Shown one piece after another: positions 20,901-28,620 of a stretch of 64,000 nucleotides of DNA. The DNA comes from a virus, in IMG/VR virus record IMGVR_UViG_3300045988_101799; one strand, written 5' to 3'. Under the pieces are notes generated by a model. That model saw nothing but the letters and a program-made list of their open reading frames with translations, made no database searches and was not told the origin of the DNA. The stretch's first letter is position 1. Each line of letters opens with the position of its first letter. Made by a program: the position numbers and the translations under genes.

Positions 20901-21622
20901 GAGTTGAGGTAATCCTTCCGGGCCTTCTCCATTGTGGTGGCAATGGATTTGGCCACCGCCTTTGCGTTACGGTTTCTGTCCGCGGCAATGGCGAGGAACT
21001 TTTCCGTCACGACGGGGTTCCCGTCCTCTCCACTTCCGAAGCCAGAGCGGGATAAGAAGGCGGAGTGCGTAGGCGTAAGCTCGGAAGAAGACACAACGGT
21101 AATTCCCGTATTGTTAGCAAGCTTCTTAATGGCCTCGCTATCGCCGCGGGAGGCGGCCGTCAAATCAACCAGTGCATCCTCTCCGCGCTCTACATAGTCT
21201 TTCATGTAGTCGAATCCCTCAAAGCTGTACCCACGGTTTCCTTTGTTCAAGATGTCGAGGGCTTTATTTTCCTCGGCGGTTTTCCATTCTTGTTCCGTAT
21301 GGGCGCGGGATTTATCTTGCCATTCTACATTCTTCGCGTGTTCCGCATCCTTTTTCTGTTTCTCCGCAAAGTCATCAACAGACTTAAAGAGGAAGGTGTC
21401 ATAGTCTGCGGTCGCCGTCGCTCCCTTCTCGGCACGGGTCTGTCTCTTTTCCGCTAACCTTTGCTCGCGGTCCAGTGCTTTCTGTTCTCGGTCCCGCTGT
21501 TTCTGCGCTTGCGTCTCTTGCCACGCGGCGTGCCTTTCTACGGCACGCTGTTCACGTGCAATACTACTTCCCGACGTCGGAGTGAAGTCGGACATATTGG
21601 CGGTACTAAAGTCAATAGCCAT
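11927..21622 (-). CDS. giant (3231-aa) virion/cargo-like protein with a central HExxH zincin-like motif
   Basis: Uninterrupted 9.7-kb ORF with an ATG start. Largely helical, Ala/Glu/Lys-rich. VLHEVIHLIDRH is encoded at 17051-17065, near aa ~1520. No P-loop, no T7-like RNAP motifs, no DxDGD found. It is the last large gene of the late operon. TAG stop. Confidence 0.8.
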   Translation of the reverse strand: MAIDFSTANMSDFTPTSGSSIAREQRAVERHAAWQETQAQKQRDREQKALDREQRLAEKRQTRAEKGATATADYDTFLFKSVDDFAEKQKKDAEHAKNVEWQDKSRAHTEQEWKTAEENKALDILNKGNRGYSFEGFDYMKDYVERGEDALVDLTAASRGDSEAIKKLANNTGITVVSSSELTPTHSAFLSRSGFGSGEDGNPVVTEKFLAIAADRNRNAKAVAKSIATTMEKARKDYLNSNLDVGTGKPTAQAIETAPIAYTAEEIESVINTIRREDIGNYRAAKALYDKHRSSSTEGVQKKTPSQTSVGELGVGEFSDSAPSFTGNVFAELANLSKSPSKMFQLVRDYGDYLSRSTEDIKSPESATAYAKQLHTDQAKLISKKEKPVDDRIREQIEAADKIVRRLEEDYTGLPYLELRDALLNPEAAASALLSLVPGADMDAIRARAKVIAEEVHRQKDRPLTVENPEQIGMSEAILEAVATRFPGVPKSALRQAGVTKLIQDYTAKATPRGTLMDAVKGAMANYRSTAGQIADVLTFQPDNSVGKTADPMSLMEWGKGTKRGSWQYGVPGGPSFEVGPEQLKEYMAQYHIESTRDALNSLSHAARMGDLGVGRGSLFAYNPHTKEVDTNATLELNPNALYNDKLMDQSIEALRASGADEGLINRTIEKFQNLRKKSAQELVKDNIALDETLGTLRDTWLGSGLQFNPILTESMKHLDKHLSFKNFYNEQKEAGKSDEDILSAWQEKGQDTINSVLRGLQIGTHKAIDLGTSTAYGALLFAQNAVGSRAAMEHTRTLWDQLNKKQEAEAELVRGNILADYTAEIANLGYQMVATAGAGKVGGLAGRALERTALSRFAKATANVVAKRAEALVPAARPGLAGRLSGTIQRNLDNLAALNLERAGAGAGVNLSIISQVAPNAYSDIFYTIYDREMEGKEPTAENTNRAQSIANMRALFGAALVSTGSTLINNRAGMDSYMRKIVGAKNLRGQSPFQTLERKMAGWRSKPFKEMNTKEKTFAVASYLYSTSKAVVEGATEELTDEFQEWAFTELVKNGEISESSIATTDQVISGAMKIAFLGGIGGYVGSHLAGEGNIRFQTEAAPTLDVKDATSMLPDITKDASNIIEETGKAITKNNVPESLVETGKKVIEIAGEKGDAAEVAREWVDKSIAHESLVVSDETRKAWVDGAVRMGISNFTQFRNLVERASEIHTYEGSAAASSFMAEAINDLPNTLSFPNKENLDTMRTMLSEALDAMGDRVQVIEVDDDLSILTTGDEDLDAALHVINGLTEAAATTESPATTATTEPKESPVAIARKERDNAIAPITAMVETGVVTPSSVETVDNMDAAIASFDSNTGAWLSYGTPLERGAKLVSLNEMTGINAPMITSNTGETIVIAPHASMYNAGEGGTPSTKWGDKVSALNLPTDGTGANAYGILSDLQVNASPAQAAAIDGVLRALHAAGLDVAIRATNAPANISSPASITYMNGTDGKLVGGVIDLYVNRDNAIESVTGTVLHEVIHLIDRHLRTTNTDYSQRMDKIRSAIAENYNNIVDSLSAMYDASVDINEMNAIAALASDLNYGLRGPDEFASVAFSNPVMNFMVAEASGDNITITDLARYAEAAGGRKPIHVRLVEWLKDLIRDVRQTADDMDGTTAAERVAEWDSYVARVADMTPGKWFDMPRTPSWKVDDTDYTMGNGVDYFNPMAYETDMTRRLSFGLGAEIIGTNAGNWVTSIKNGWLGVTKNWDKAGINVKSEEQKLVVLEQMANVNAAYERSIKRIDKIGDMLQRRADNLGWDAATRKKWSKSILDMSGNMDNDIDPETVARINAEAQAEVRQHEQTRDFRIALAKKTVTDAVNRHAEAVRLANSLALNSEGRLEINDMMRRIKDMSGKGYGAMLDKQVALPMLSQQIHKSLSDLGSRISATGDANLETAYFGLARDTQNYLADMINEADSPFSMDELLDRWSNLRNDFLYAESTNHPAVAPMIQDIAKARAEAKQIIREAKEDFYAATKKAGVTRAGVATPAGSVWLKRDNAILNARRQKQAEYMAKRDAAEQWLLSQGVVGQLVHNVIADSRKEIAATQISIAKLIGDSRMADNAAEMNYLHRTYMAVGRHAGDFTRTMKDIIANPNGELAQKYDGLTKLLQEAAISHAEAHQRELSENVSQVLDNMQALAALHDELKLPLVSAPTGASANYKLLFEGVAKNYRNREILDFIQNNFGAVQMLADLRDGHNISAIYDKAMSMIAQADYHTKSKMTETKETLDMKARDSFLAEVFSDLPGKTIADKIGSLDSPASVASEVNKVIPTIPTSAIDQIWNAPNMNAAERLDKTLNLLRGQAGILMGANNMGNVISATDLKVLQYPELSRLAVNDAMKAIDEVLSKKRTNEDALAQRKRLPEWQRKAMYELSDLTIGDAIGTLQNTLSMQSKIAVNQLLADEYTSVLKAQGVVVPPNSTNRTSDMVEISLKNTKNALNGMYADKDVADAIYRIYRPSDDILNSRTDDYKKVRKYWQKSGKGQEWWSKAGGLANLSVLIASPNSTLRNLYGTVAQMTHAGALPFTGSKDIANLVGDWVQLRKLWWLSQGRDLASQASADRLLAAEDRYNEKIRYWQELGLLDAGQGEFLRNVWKSDEFSKMAGEFEEVNEDSFFKLAEALNEKQERTKGEVAKDAAKMAGKVVAWPIKTMSFAYGLPDAAAKIVLFTNQRAIADTQLKVQLARAMGKDTPNARDQILIDASQTTQSWNAYVDRYTAHMVKSLLPTGSRTPSWVKTLNIVAAPFFMFQYHTAQSVVYNLGHAIGEGVDGVWAINNGMKKEGAYLLGRAFVRIAGSVGTISATSAVSSWVARQIITSVLGDDDDRKIIDDAEVMRKLADSGLIPDYDKFGDLIGIIDMKRHEFEYLNLEYMNPFKTIKVLAKTLPSLFMDMDVDKWGMNKVAELKNLLENTVLEESLLLNAASELFNEEDFNYKHSLSGDESVNVLPAVGNAILLAAGLNPSFGSGHTWQVLERFATVANKKIPFYGWAVKSGKQAFSDTPDMSAAAYGLQSLGAGLRRPKDLTEALAAGLKNANAAVTKSKRTSVLRPDFYKRMESGVDVELMEAVETADAVKNFTKLVNSVRFVTEITNMLDPALRKEVLASAIETSGMSAKTYGAAMKGIMPYIISPQAGREAIAKLNRELQKSNTTDEGKRLIEEQKKLIINLMRKGSIQIDGALSAEEIHNRMKQ

Positions 21623-21725
21623 GTTTGTTGAGTATTAGTCTAATAAGTTTGCCCCACTCATGTGGGTCTTCAACATCCTATCATGAGTGGGGCGAGGGTC
21701 AAGTGAAATATGTATTATGTCAAAT

Positions 21726-22862
21726 TTATTTTCGGAAGTCCAAGTGAGTGAACTCCGGTCCCTTCATCAGTTCAGTGTAGAGGGTGAGCTTCGCTTGCGG
21801 GTCTTTCTTCCGCAGTGCCTGATACTGCGCGTAATGCCGAGCGAAGCGGGGGTCCCGGATGTTGAGCCGATTCCTGAACATGTTGCTAAGTTCCTTTATT
21901 TTGGCGCGTTCCAATTTTTCGAGGGTCTTAATCTCCTTGCCATACTTTTCCGGCTGGGCGTACATGGTTCGGACGCGGAGGTATGTTTGCGCCTGTGCTC
22001 TTGCTTCGGGGCTGGCCGTATCATCCCTCAAGGTTCGTAGCATATTCTCGGCAGTTCCAGTGCCCGCAGTCGTCGGGACGCTCGTGGGTACGGGAGCATT
22101 GCCGGAGGGGAGAGCAGAGGCGGGGAACCTAGAGCCAGAGGGGGCGGCCGTGGTTCCCGCGGTAGCTCCCGCGGTAGCTCCCGCGGCGGGCGCATTCTTG
22201 GTCTGGCTCTCTACATACTTGCTATATATCGCGTTCCTCTGCGCTTCCGGCATGGACATGAATGTCTTGAACTTCTCCGGGCCAAGCATCTTCTCCGCAT
22301 GCGCATAGAACCCAGCCGTGGTGGTGTCTGGGCTAGCGGTTGGAGCGGAAGCCGTGGAACCCTTGGAACCCGTGGAAGCCGTCGCTTGTGTCGGCATAGT
22401 CGGAGATATGACAGGCATCTGCCCACGGCTTATGTTCTGGTCCACGCCACGAAGCATAAGCCTGTCCTCCGCAGAGAGTTTCCCCGCCGCGGCTTGTTGC
22501 ATGCCCGCCGCATAGGTCGCCCGTTGCTGGGCGGCGTAGGCCGCGCTGTTGGGGTCGACCGCTCCGGGCGTTGCTGGTTCAGTAATCCCCCGTCCATAGG
22601 GACTAGGAGACTGGGCCGCCGCGGGTGCCGCGGATGCCGGGGGATTCTTGATGCCGTGGTTACTATTGGCCGCGGCGATGGTGTTCATCTCCTTCGCGTC
22701 GACGGGTTTGTTCGGGTCGTTGTTATTCATTGGACGGAGGGGGATGTCGGGGTTCGTCTTCGGAAGCACCTCGTCCATCGTCTTCTGCTTAATGGACTTG
22801 GCGGCGGGGATACCCCCGCTCGCGCTCGTCTCGCTCGATATGTCTGTACGTTTGGTTGCCAT
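21726..22862 (-). CDS. low-complexity Ala/Thr/Pro/Gly-rich protein (probable internal virion protein)
   Basis: 378-aa ORF with long AGATAGATAGTTAAPSG-type tracts and a basic helical C-terminus. Confidence 0.55.
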   Translation of the reverse strand: MATKRTDISSETSASGGIPAAKSIKQKTMDEVLPKTNPDIPLRPMNNNDPNKPVDAKEMNTIAAANSNHGIKNPPASAAPAAAQSPSPYGRGITEPATPGAVDPNSAAYAAQQRATYAAGMQQAAAGKLSAEDRLMLRGVDQNISRGQMPVISPTMPTQATASTGSKGSTASAPTASPDTTTAGFYAHAEKMLGPEKFKTFMSMPEAQRNAIYSKYVESQTKNAPAAGATAGATAGTTAAPSGSRFPASALPSGNAPVPTSVPTTAGTGTAENMLRTLRDDTASPEARAQAQTYLRVRTMYAQPEKYGKEIKTLEKLERAKIKELSNMFRNRLNIRDPRFARHYAQYQALRKKDPQAKLTLYTELMKGPEFTHLDFRK

Positions 22863-22864
22863 AA

Positions 22865-23608
22865 TTACATGAGGTTAAGTCCGGGGCACTGCATGATGCC
22901 GCCATTCTGAATAATGTTCGGAGCCTGATACGTGCCCTGACGATATTTGCGCAGGTGGTCGTTCAGGTATTTGACGGCAAGGCCGTAGCTGTCCGTCCCC
23001 ATTTGGGTATTGCCCTGCTCGTTATAGACCACGGCCAGCATCATCGCCTTCAATGCGGGAAGACATCCGGGGTAGATACGAACCTCCTTGTCCTCCCATG
23101 CCGCGTCATCATAAATGTTAAGGGACAGGCCGCGCAATGCGCACCGTGCCGAAACCGTCATGACGTTGCTCGTAGGATTATCGTTGATGCCGTTACTGCC
23201 AGACAATACCGAGTAGGTACGGAGGTTCTGTTCATTCAGCCCCATGTCCAGCATGATAGCATGATAGCCGCTGTCGTGCTTGGGATATTCGGAACGGAAC
23301 CAAGTATTGCTTTCGAACATGGCCCGGTCGATGATGTTGTATTTCTTGCCGCTGGGCGACCATGCCTCGACAATACTATCATATTCTTCGGGCAGGGAGA
23401 TAGAACCCCCGCGAGGGATTCCTTCAAAGTCCAAGGTATCCACGGAATCCGGGGATACCGTGGCCTCATTGAGCAGGAGGTTCTGCGCTTCCTTCAATAT
23501 GCGACGGAAGTCAACGTTGGACTTTGACGGCGGCTGGTTTGTAATGAGCATACAAAGCTCGTCACAAACATTGCGATAGGTCAAATAGGATTTGGTAATA
23601 AATGCCAT
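22865..23608 (-). CDS. hypothetical structural protein
   Basis: 247-aa ORF tightly packed between neighbours. Confidence 0.55.
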   Translation of the reverse strand: MAFITKSYLTYRNVCDELCMLITNQPPSKSNVDFRRILKEAQNLLLNEATVSPDSVDTLDFEGIPRGGSISLPEEYDSIVEAWSPSGKKYNIIDRAMFESNTWFRSEYPKHDSGYHAIMLDMGLNEQNLRTYSVLSGSNGINDNPTSNVMTVSARCALRGLSLNIYDDAAWEDKEVRIYPGCLPALKAMMLAVVYNEQGNTQMGTDSYGLAVKYLNDHLRKYRQGTYQAPNIIQNGGIMQCPGLNLM

Positions 23609-23612
23609 AAGC

Positions 23613-26504
23613 TTAACTGGGAGGATAGATTGTTACTTTCTTGCAAAGCATTCCACCGTTCCACGGGGATGCGTAATAGGAGGTCACGGGTTTCCAATCT
23701 GTGTGGGTAGTTCCCGGAAAGTTCGTATTAAACCCGCCGGGAAGCCACTTGGCGTCCTGATTGCCGATAGTTACGGATATAGTCAGCGGGCCGTGGAGGC
23801 ATGCGGGCAGACGGTAATCGCAAAGCGGTGAAGAGAAATATCCACTGTTCGTCGTGAACTGTACCGACGTCCCAAGGCCCCAGCCTTTAGGCCATGTACC
23901 ATCAGGGGAGAAGGCTTCCTCTACCACGGCGGTGCAAGGGCCGGAGTAACTGTCCCTCATCATCTTGGTCTGCGGGAAGTACTTGCCCTCCTGTCTACCG
24001 GAGAGGTCGGGCCTCGTATCCCACGGAATCCAATAAACCGAACCGAACACGGCAGGGAAACTGTAGTTCATCGTCGTGGTATATTTTTTGTAGTACCCGA
24101 TTCCCGGAATCTGCATGTAACTATCTACGGCGTAACAGGGGTTCACCCATTGGCGCAGGACGACGCGTTGAATCTTATCACTTGTCGCGACCTTCTTAAA
24201 GGTAGACCCCGTAAGTGCGCACAGGGTAAGATTAAATTGGAAATAGGGAAACTTTTGCCCGCTGTAGGATAGCGTCAGTTTATTGACTACCTCCGCATTG
24301 AGAACATAATCCCCAGCATGGTATTCCTGCTTAGCGGCAGTGGTGTTCTGAACCGTAAGAACCTTTTGCGTATCTAGGTCCACGGTTTCTACGTCAATGT
24401 CGAACGCCTTCTCACCATTAATCAGAATGGGAATAGTGCCATTGATTGCAGACCCTCTGGGATTAGCTATGACTACTAGGTTAAGCCGCCCATATTGGAT
24501 GTCCAGATATGCCCCCTGTATCCCGGAAGGAAGCGACCCTACGGAGAACATCATTTCAGAAGTATACGAAGCATCTCGTTGAAAGAAGGTAAGCCCTTGG
24601 GCGTTTCCTACGGGGAAGGTCCAAGTTTCGTTCGTAACAATTTCGGCATACAGGGTGGACTGAATAACGGTCTCCATATCTATCTTAACCTGTCCGTCTT
24701 CGGTGTACCACGGGCCTTGTGGATTGACGGCAAAGTATGCGTAGTCAAGCCAGAAGGTCCCCGGCGAATAAGTTGTAGGATAGCTGTTCTGAATATACAG
24801 GTTCCACAATCGTTTATCACGGAAATAGATGCCGAAGTTTCCTCCCCTGTCAGAGGTAGAACCGTCGGGTGGAGCACTAAGAATCCCGCTAACGCCCATA
24901 AAACCTTGGTACTCTGGGTAGTTAGGGTCGTTCATACCGTAGTTCAAATAGGGAATGCCCAGTATCTCGGTAGGGATTACGGAATCTTCTTGAACCGTCA
25001 GGTCCCAAGATTCCACATTTTCAATAGTAGTCCACCTCATGTCAGGGACGGTGACGGGAACCAGCGTAACAGGCTTCTCCAACTTCCGGCCATAGTAGGT
25101 ATTGCCCACGGCATCCGTGTATTTCTTGAACCCTTCTTCCTGCCAATCGGTGTCGAAGTCAGTGCTCGGATTATGTACAATCTTCCGCAGTACAGGATAG
25201 ACCTGATTGGTTATCCTATCAAACGAGGATTCCCAGAACTCGTCAATCTGGTCGTAGGTGGTGCAACTCTTTCGCGTTTCCTTGTGGCTATATCCTTCAT
25301 GTACTACCACAGAGGAATCTACACGCCATTGGCTACAGTTCTCGCCGGGGTCAGGAGGGTCAATCGCCGGGACATCGCCGTTCGCTGTCCAGTCAACGGA
25401 CTGGCTAGTCGTCACTGTCGTATTGATGCACCGGACAAAACGGGAATCAGGGTTACAACAATTACCGGAGAGGCTGTTCTGTTCCTCTTTCTCCGTGATG
25501 TTGCTGTTCCGTTTGTACATAGATACAAGGGTGTACATCTGCGTACTCGGATAACTGCCCTTGTCCCAGCCCGCACTAACGGGCTTATTGTCCAGTTCAA
25601 GGAGGGGCATGTGAGGAATGCGGGCCTGACCCGGTTCCGTCCCTCCACCATCGACGGGCCAAAGCGGCGCGGCCCAGACCTCTCTCGATAACTTAATTGC
25701 AGTCTGCGCCACCCATTCAGATTCGGGCAGGGACGTTCCCGGACCACCTTCATCCCACACCGTATCTCCCTTCTGCCAAATGTTATAAGGGACGAACTCT
25801 TTAACCACCGGGCCGGGCAGGGTTTTATACACGCGGATGACCTTACGAAAGTACTTGCGCAGGTGTTCCTCTTCGAACTGGGCTACTTCTTCATATACCA
25901 GCTGGGCATCGTATGCCGTGTAGAAATGCTGGTCATAGAAGTCAGGGTCAAGCTTTTCGTTGCTGGGGTCAAACGAGCCAAGGGGGAGCGGGGCATACGC
26001 GGAATCCGTGGGTTCCACCCATTCCCGTGTAATCTCGTAGAAGTCCTTCAACTCTTCCGTGTCTGCATCCGGACCCATGAACTTACCCGTAGCGGCAGTA
26101 TCTTTCAACGTATAGCCGTCACGGATTTTCTTCATGTCCTGAATGTTATATCGGAACTGCTGTTCCGGTGGGACCATGTAGTAGAAACGATAAACGTGCT
26201 GTCTCGCCGCCTCATTGACGGGTTCGACATGCACGAGAACTGCATCCCGCATAAACGGGAGGAAGGTCGTACCTGCGGTAGGTACGAACGGGGTTCCCAA
26301 TTCAATGGTAATCTCGCTGGGATTCTTGGCAATCCTCTCAACGAAGAACATCACGTTCTTTACCACAGGAGTGGGAAAGTTAATTATCGGCTCACCCATT
26401 GGCCTGTCAGGACTGAACCCATTGCGCCACGTGGAATCCGTGGTTCCAATGGGTATCGTCGGAGGCTGTGGGTTGGAGGCCGGAGTGTTAGGAATTAAGG
26501 CCAT
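23613..26504 (-). CDS. large structural protein (tail/baseplate candidate)
   Basis: Frame of track ORF 23613..26570. Start moved to ATG 26504 (MALIPNTP...), just after the upstream gene's stop at 26488. Beta-rich, Asn/Thr/Tyr-rich. Confidence 0.55.
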   Translation of the reverse strand: MALIPNTPASNPQPPTIPIGTTDSTWRNGFSPDRPMGEPIINFPTPVVKNVMFFVERIAKNPSEITIELGTPFVPTAGTTFLPFMRDAVLVHVEPVNEAARQHVYRFYYMVPPEQQFRYNIQDMKKIRDGYTLKDTAATGKFMGPDADTEELKDFYEITREWVEPTDSAYAPLPLGSFDPSNEKLDPDFYDQHFYTAYDAQLVYEEVAQFEEEHLRKYFRKVIRVYKTLPGPVVKEFVPYNIWQKGDTVWDEGGPGTSLPESEWVAQTAIKLSREVWAAPLWPVDGGGTEPGQARIPHMPLLELDNKPVSAGWDKGSYPSTQMYTLVSMYKRNSNITEKEEQNSLSGNCCNPDSRFVRCINTTVTTSQSVDWTANGDVPAIDPPDPGENCSQWRVDSSVVVHEGYSHKETRKSCTTYDQIDEFWESSFDRITNQVYPVLRKIVHNPSTDFDTDWQEEGFKKYTDAVGNTYYGRKLEKPVTLVPVTVPDMRWTTIENVESWDLTVQEDSVIPTEILGIPYLNYGMNDPNYPEYQGFMGVSGILSAPPDGSTSDRGGNFGIYFRDKRLWNLYIQNSYPTTYSPGTFWLDYAYFAVNPQGPWYTEDGQVKIDMETVIQSTLYAEIVTNETWTFPVGNAQGLTFFQRDASYTSEMMFSVGSLPSGIQGAYLDIQYGRLNLVVIANPRGSAINGTIPILINGEKAFDIDVETVDLDTQKVLTVQNTTAAKQEYHAGDYVLNAEVVNKLTLSYSGQKFPYFQFNLTLCALTGSTFKKVATSDKIQRVVLRQWVNPCYAVDSYMQIPGIGYYKKYTTTMNYSFPAVFGSVYWIPWDTRPDLSGRQEGKYFPQTKMMRDSYSGPCTAVVEEAFSPDGTWPKGWGLGTSVQFTTNSGYFSSPLCDYRLPACLHGPLTISVTIGNQDAKWLPGGFNTNFPGTTHTDWKPVTSYYASPWNGGMLCKKVTIYPPS

Positions 26505-27000
26505 GTATATTGGTTTGATAGAACGGCATGATTGCACCGGGAAGCGGGGGTGTCCACAACATGTGCACATGTCCGTTCAACGTTAATTGCATTGGTTCTC
26601 CCCGCTGAAAACTTACTGTCTCGCCCCGATAATAGGTGCGGTTTGTTCTCCTGTCAATAACATATCCTCGTATGACAAGTAATTTATGGCTTCTCTCCGC
26701 GTCAATGATTCTCGGCAGTTGAACTTCTTCACGAGTTTTAACCTGTGTAACCGAAGAGGTAAGGGTTTCTCCGTCATAACGAACTCCTACTTTCCCCCGT
26801 AAAAAATAGGCCCACTGGTTTCTGGGCAGTTTCAGCTCACCCTCGCGACCAAGAGGAAGGGAGGCATAGAACCGATTCCTTGAGCGGAGTTTTTCAGTAC
26901 ACGCACGGAGGCTTTCCTGTAATTGATTAAGATTCTGGGTCAACTCGTTTTCGAGTTGTTCCTGCTCGGGGCTTTTTCGGAACAGATTGAATAGTTTCAT
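26488..27000 (-). CDS. hypothetical protein
   Basis: 170-aa ORF downstream of the lysis genes. Confidence 0.45.
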   Translation of the reverse strand: MKLFNLFRKSPEQEQLENELTQNLNQLQESLRACTEKLRSRNRFYASLPLGREGELKLPRNQWAYFLRGKVGVRYDGETLTSSVTQVKTREEVQLPRIIDAERSHKLLVIRGYVIDRRTNRTYYRGETVSFQRGEPMQLTLNGHVHMLWTPPLPGAIMPFYQTNIHGLNS

Positions 27001-27349
27001 TTCTGTCGGAGGGGTGTGTATCTTGTTGCGAGATAGCGTAGAAGGCGCGGTCGATTATCTCTTCATGGTCGCTTCGTAGATTGTCTATTTTTCCATGTAG
27101 TTGGTCTAGAGAATCATCCAACTCGGATATAACTCTTAGAGCTTCTTGCAATAGTATGAGAAATGACTTCTCCTTGTCAAGACTAAACTCTATCTTTTTT
27201 GAGAGGTACTTATATGCCAGCTTTACTGCCACGTAAATAACTCCCACAAATACGAGATATGCGGGAGACATTTCATCGACGATACGAGTGAGAAACAATG
27301 CCCACACGTTGCCGTCAGTAGCATTAAGCTGTGCGATGAAATTAAACAT
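26927..27349 (-). CDS. membrane protein, holin/spanin candidate
   Basis: 140-aa ORF with an N-terminal TM helix (PAYLVFVGVIYVAVKLAY) and a coiled-coil tail. Immediately downstream of the endolysin-like gene. Confidence 0.35.
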   Translation of the reverse strand: MFNFIAQLNATDGNVWALFLTRIVDEMSPAYLVFVGVIYVAVKLAYKYLSKKIEFSLDKEKSFLILLQEALRVISELDDSLDQLHGKIDNLRSDHEEIIDRAFYAISQQDTHPSDRNETIQSVPKKPRAGTTRKRVDPES

Positions 27350-27416
27350 GGCGGCAAGGAATTACCTCACCACCATGTTAGCATTTGGGATTTAATGGGT
27401 CAAGAAAATTCCCTGC

Positions 27417-28175
27417 TTATTTCCTTGACAACAGAGTAAGAGCGTAGGCAAGCCGTGCATTGCATCGGTTGGACCAGCCGGAGAGAAACTTCGCCTTCAC
27501 TGGATTGGCCCTTACAATGGAACAGTAGCGGGCACGACAAGCACGGTCCAGCGAATCGAGAACTACCTTTTCATCCCATGATTGAATGGCGTCTGTCCAT
27601 TTGGCTTGGGTATTTTTCCCCCACTTGCCGTCAATACCAAGGTCGAGCATGCGCTGGACAACCTTGGTCGTTCCCGCCACACCCATGTTGAAGGTCATGT
27701 CGCGAAGCATGAACTCAATGGCGTAGCATCCTGCAACTCCCTTGGCAACCAGTGGTTCCGTATTGGCGAGAACATAGCGGAGACATTCATCCCATGCCGC
27801 ATCTCTATCGCCCCGGTCCAACATGGATTTGATTAGATTGAATTCCTTGGGTTCAATCCCATCACAGATACCTGCAATCTCCCACTTGCCACCGCCGTCA
27901 CCAGAGGGGAGGCGAGTTACGCGCAGAGATTCCGGCCCGGTAATCTTGTAATCCTCCATGTTGAGAATCTTCTTAGCCATGCCCTTGCGGACAAGCTCTG
28001 CCGGGGACACGTATGCCGCGGATACCGGGGAATCGTTGGGTTGTTCATCGGGTACCGGGGATTCCGTGGGTTGTATCTTCTTCCATATAGCATCAATGGT
28101 CTTATCACCAAGGATACCGTCGGGCGTAGTTCCCGCCCACTTCTGTATTTCCTTAATTTTGTTTTTGCTTGTCAT
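27417..28175 (-). CDS. endolysin-like protein with an N-terminal peptidoglycan-binding-type domain
   Basis: The N-terminus (KEIQKWAGTTPDGILGDKTIDAIWKKIQ) resembles PG-binding domain repeats. It is followed by a TESPVPDEQPNDSPV linker and a globular C-domain. Confidence 0.5.
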   Translation of the reverse strand: MTSKNKIKEIQKWAGTTPDGILGDKTIDAIWKKIQPTESPVPDEQPNDSPVSAAYVSPAELVRKGMAKKILNMEDYKITGPESLRVTRLPSGDGGGKWEIAGICDGIEPKEFNLIKSMLDRGDRDAAWDECLRYVLANTEPLVAKGVAGCYAIEFMLRDMTFNMGVAGTTKVVQRMLDLGIDGKWGKNTQAKWTDAIQSWDEKVVLDSLDRACRARYCSIVRANPVKAKFLSGWSNRCNARLAYALTLLSRK

Positions 28176-28620
28176 TAGTTTTTTCTACTTTGATTCCATC
28201 CGAGGTTAGCTTCCCCAATGAGATTTGAAGGTTAATAATGTTCGCCATCGACTGGGCAATTTCTCTGGCCCAGCTTTCGAAGTGAAGAGTGCCCAATGGG
28301 GTGGCAATGTCCGTGAGAATGGTGGCAATAGTGTCCCCATTCATGGACACCCTCACGGCATCCGAGAATTCTTCTACCTTGGCTTTCGCGGGTAAGTGGT
28401 CGATTTCGTACCACATAACATCCTGTATCTCTTCGTCTTCATCATCCGCTTGGGGATATTGGACACGAACGACACCAGCAACATCCTCGTCGGACATTAC
28501 CCGGAGGATAGACCCTGTTGGGATGCTATCCCCACACATGCCACATCTCCCCGTATCTATCCGAAGAACAACGTCGCCGCACTTAAATCTGGTCTTAACT
28601 TTTCCGGGTCCTGCTTTCAT
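28153..28620 (-). CDS. hypothetical protein with an N-terminal RFKCGDVVLRIDTGR Tudor/SH3-like motif
   Basis: 155-aa ORF. Motif shared with ORFs 28595, 36682 and 5024. Confidence 0.5.
   Translation of the reverse strand: MKAGPGKVKTRFKCGDVVLRIDTGRCGMCGDSIPTGSILRVMSDEDVAGVVRVQYPQADDEDEEIQDVMWYEIDHLPAKAKVEEFSDAVRVSMNGDTIATILTDIATPLGTLHFESWAREIAQSMANIINLQISLGKLTSDGIKVEKTNDKQKQN

Noticed and set aside
12159-21457. Dozens of 60-360-aa plus-strand track ORFs lying inside the giant minus-strand gene, for example 15473..16558 and 17234..17914.
   Set aside because: They are antisense to a single uninterrupted 9.7-kb ORF, have no start contexts and are low-complexity. They are treated as artefacts of shadow-frame composition.
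11927-21622. Is the giant ORF a virion RNA polymerase (N4 gp50-like or crAss-like two-barrel)?
   Set aside because: I scanned the translation for T7/N4-type motifs (DGS.., R...K...YG, HDS) and for a DxDGD barrel motif and found none. There is an HDE tripeptide (ALAALHDELK), but nothing around it resembles motif C. It is therefore called only as a giant structural/cargo protein with an HExxH motif.
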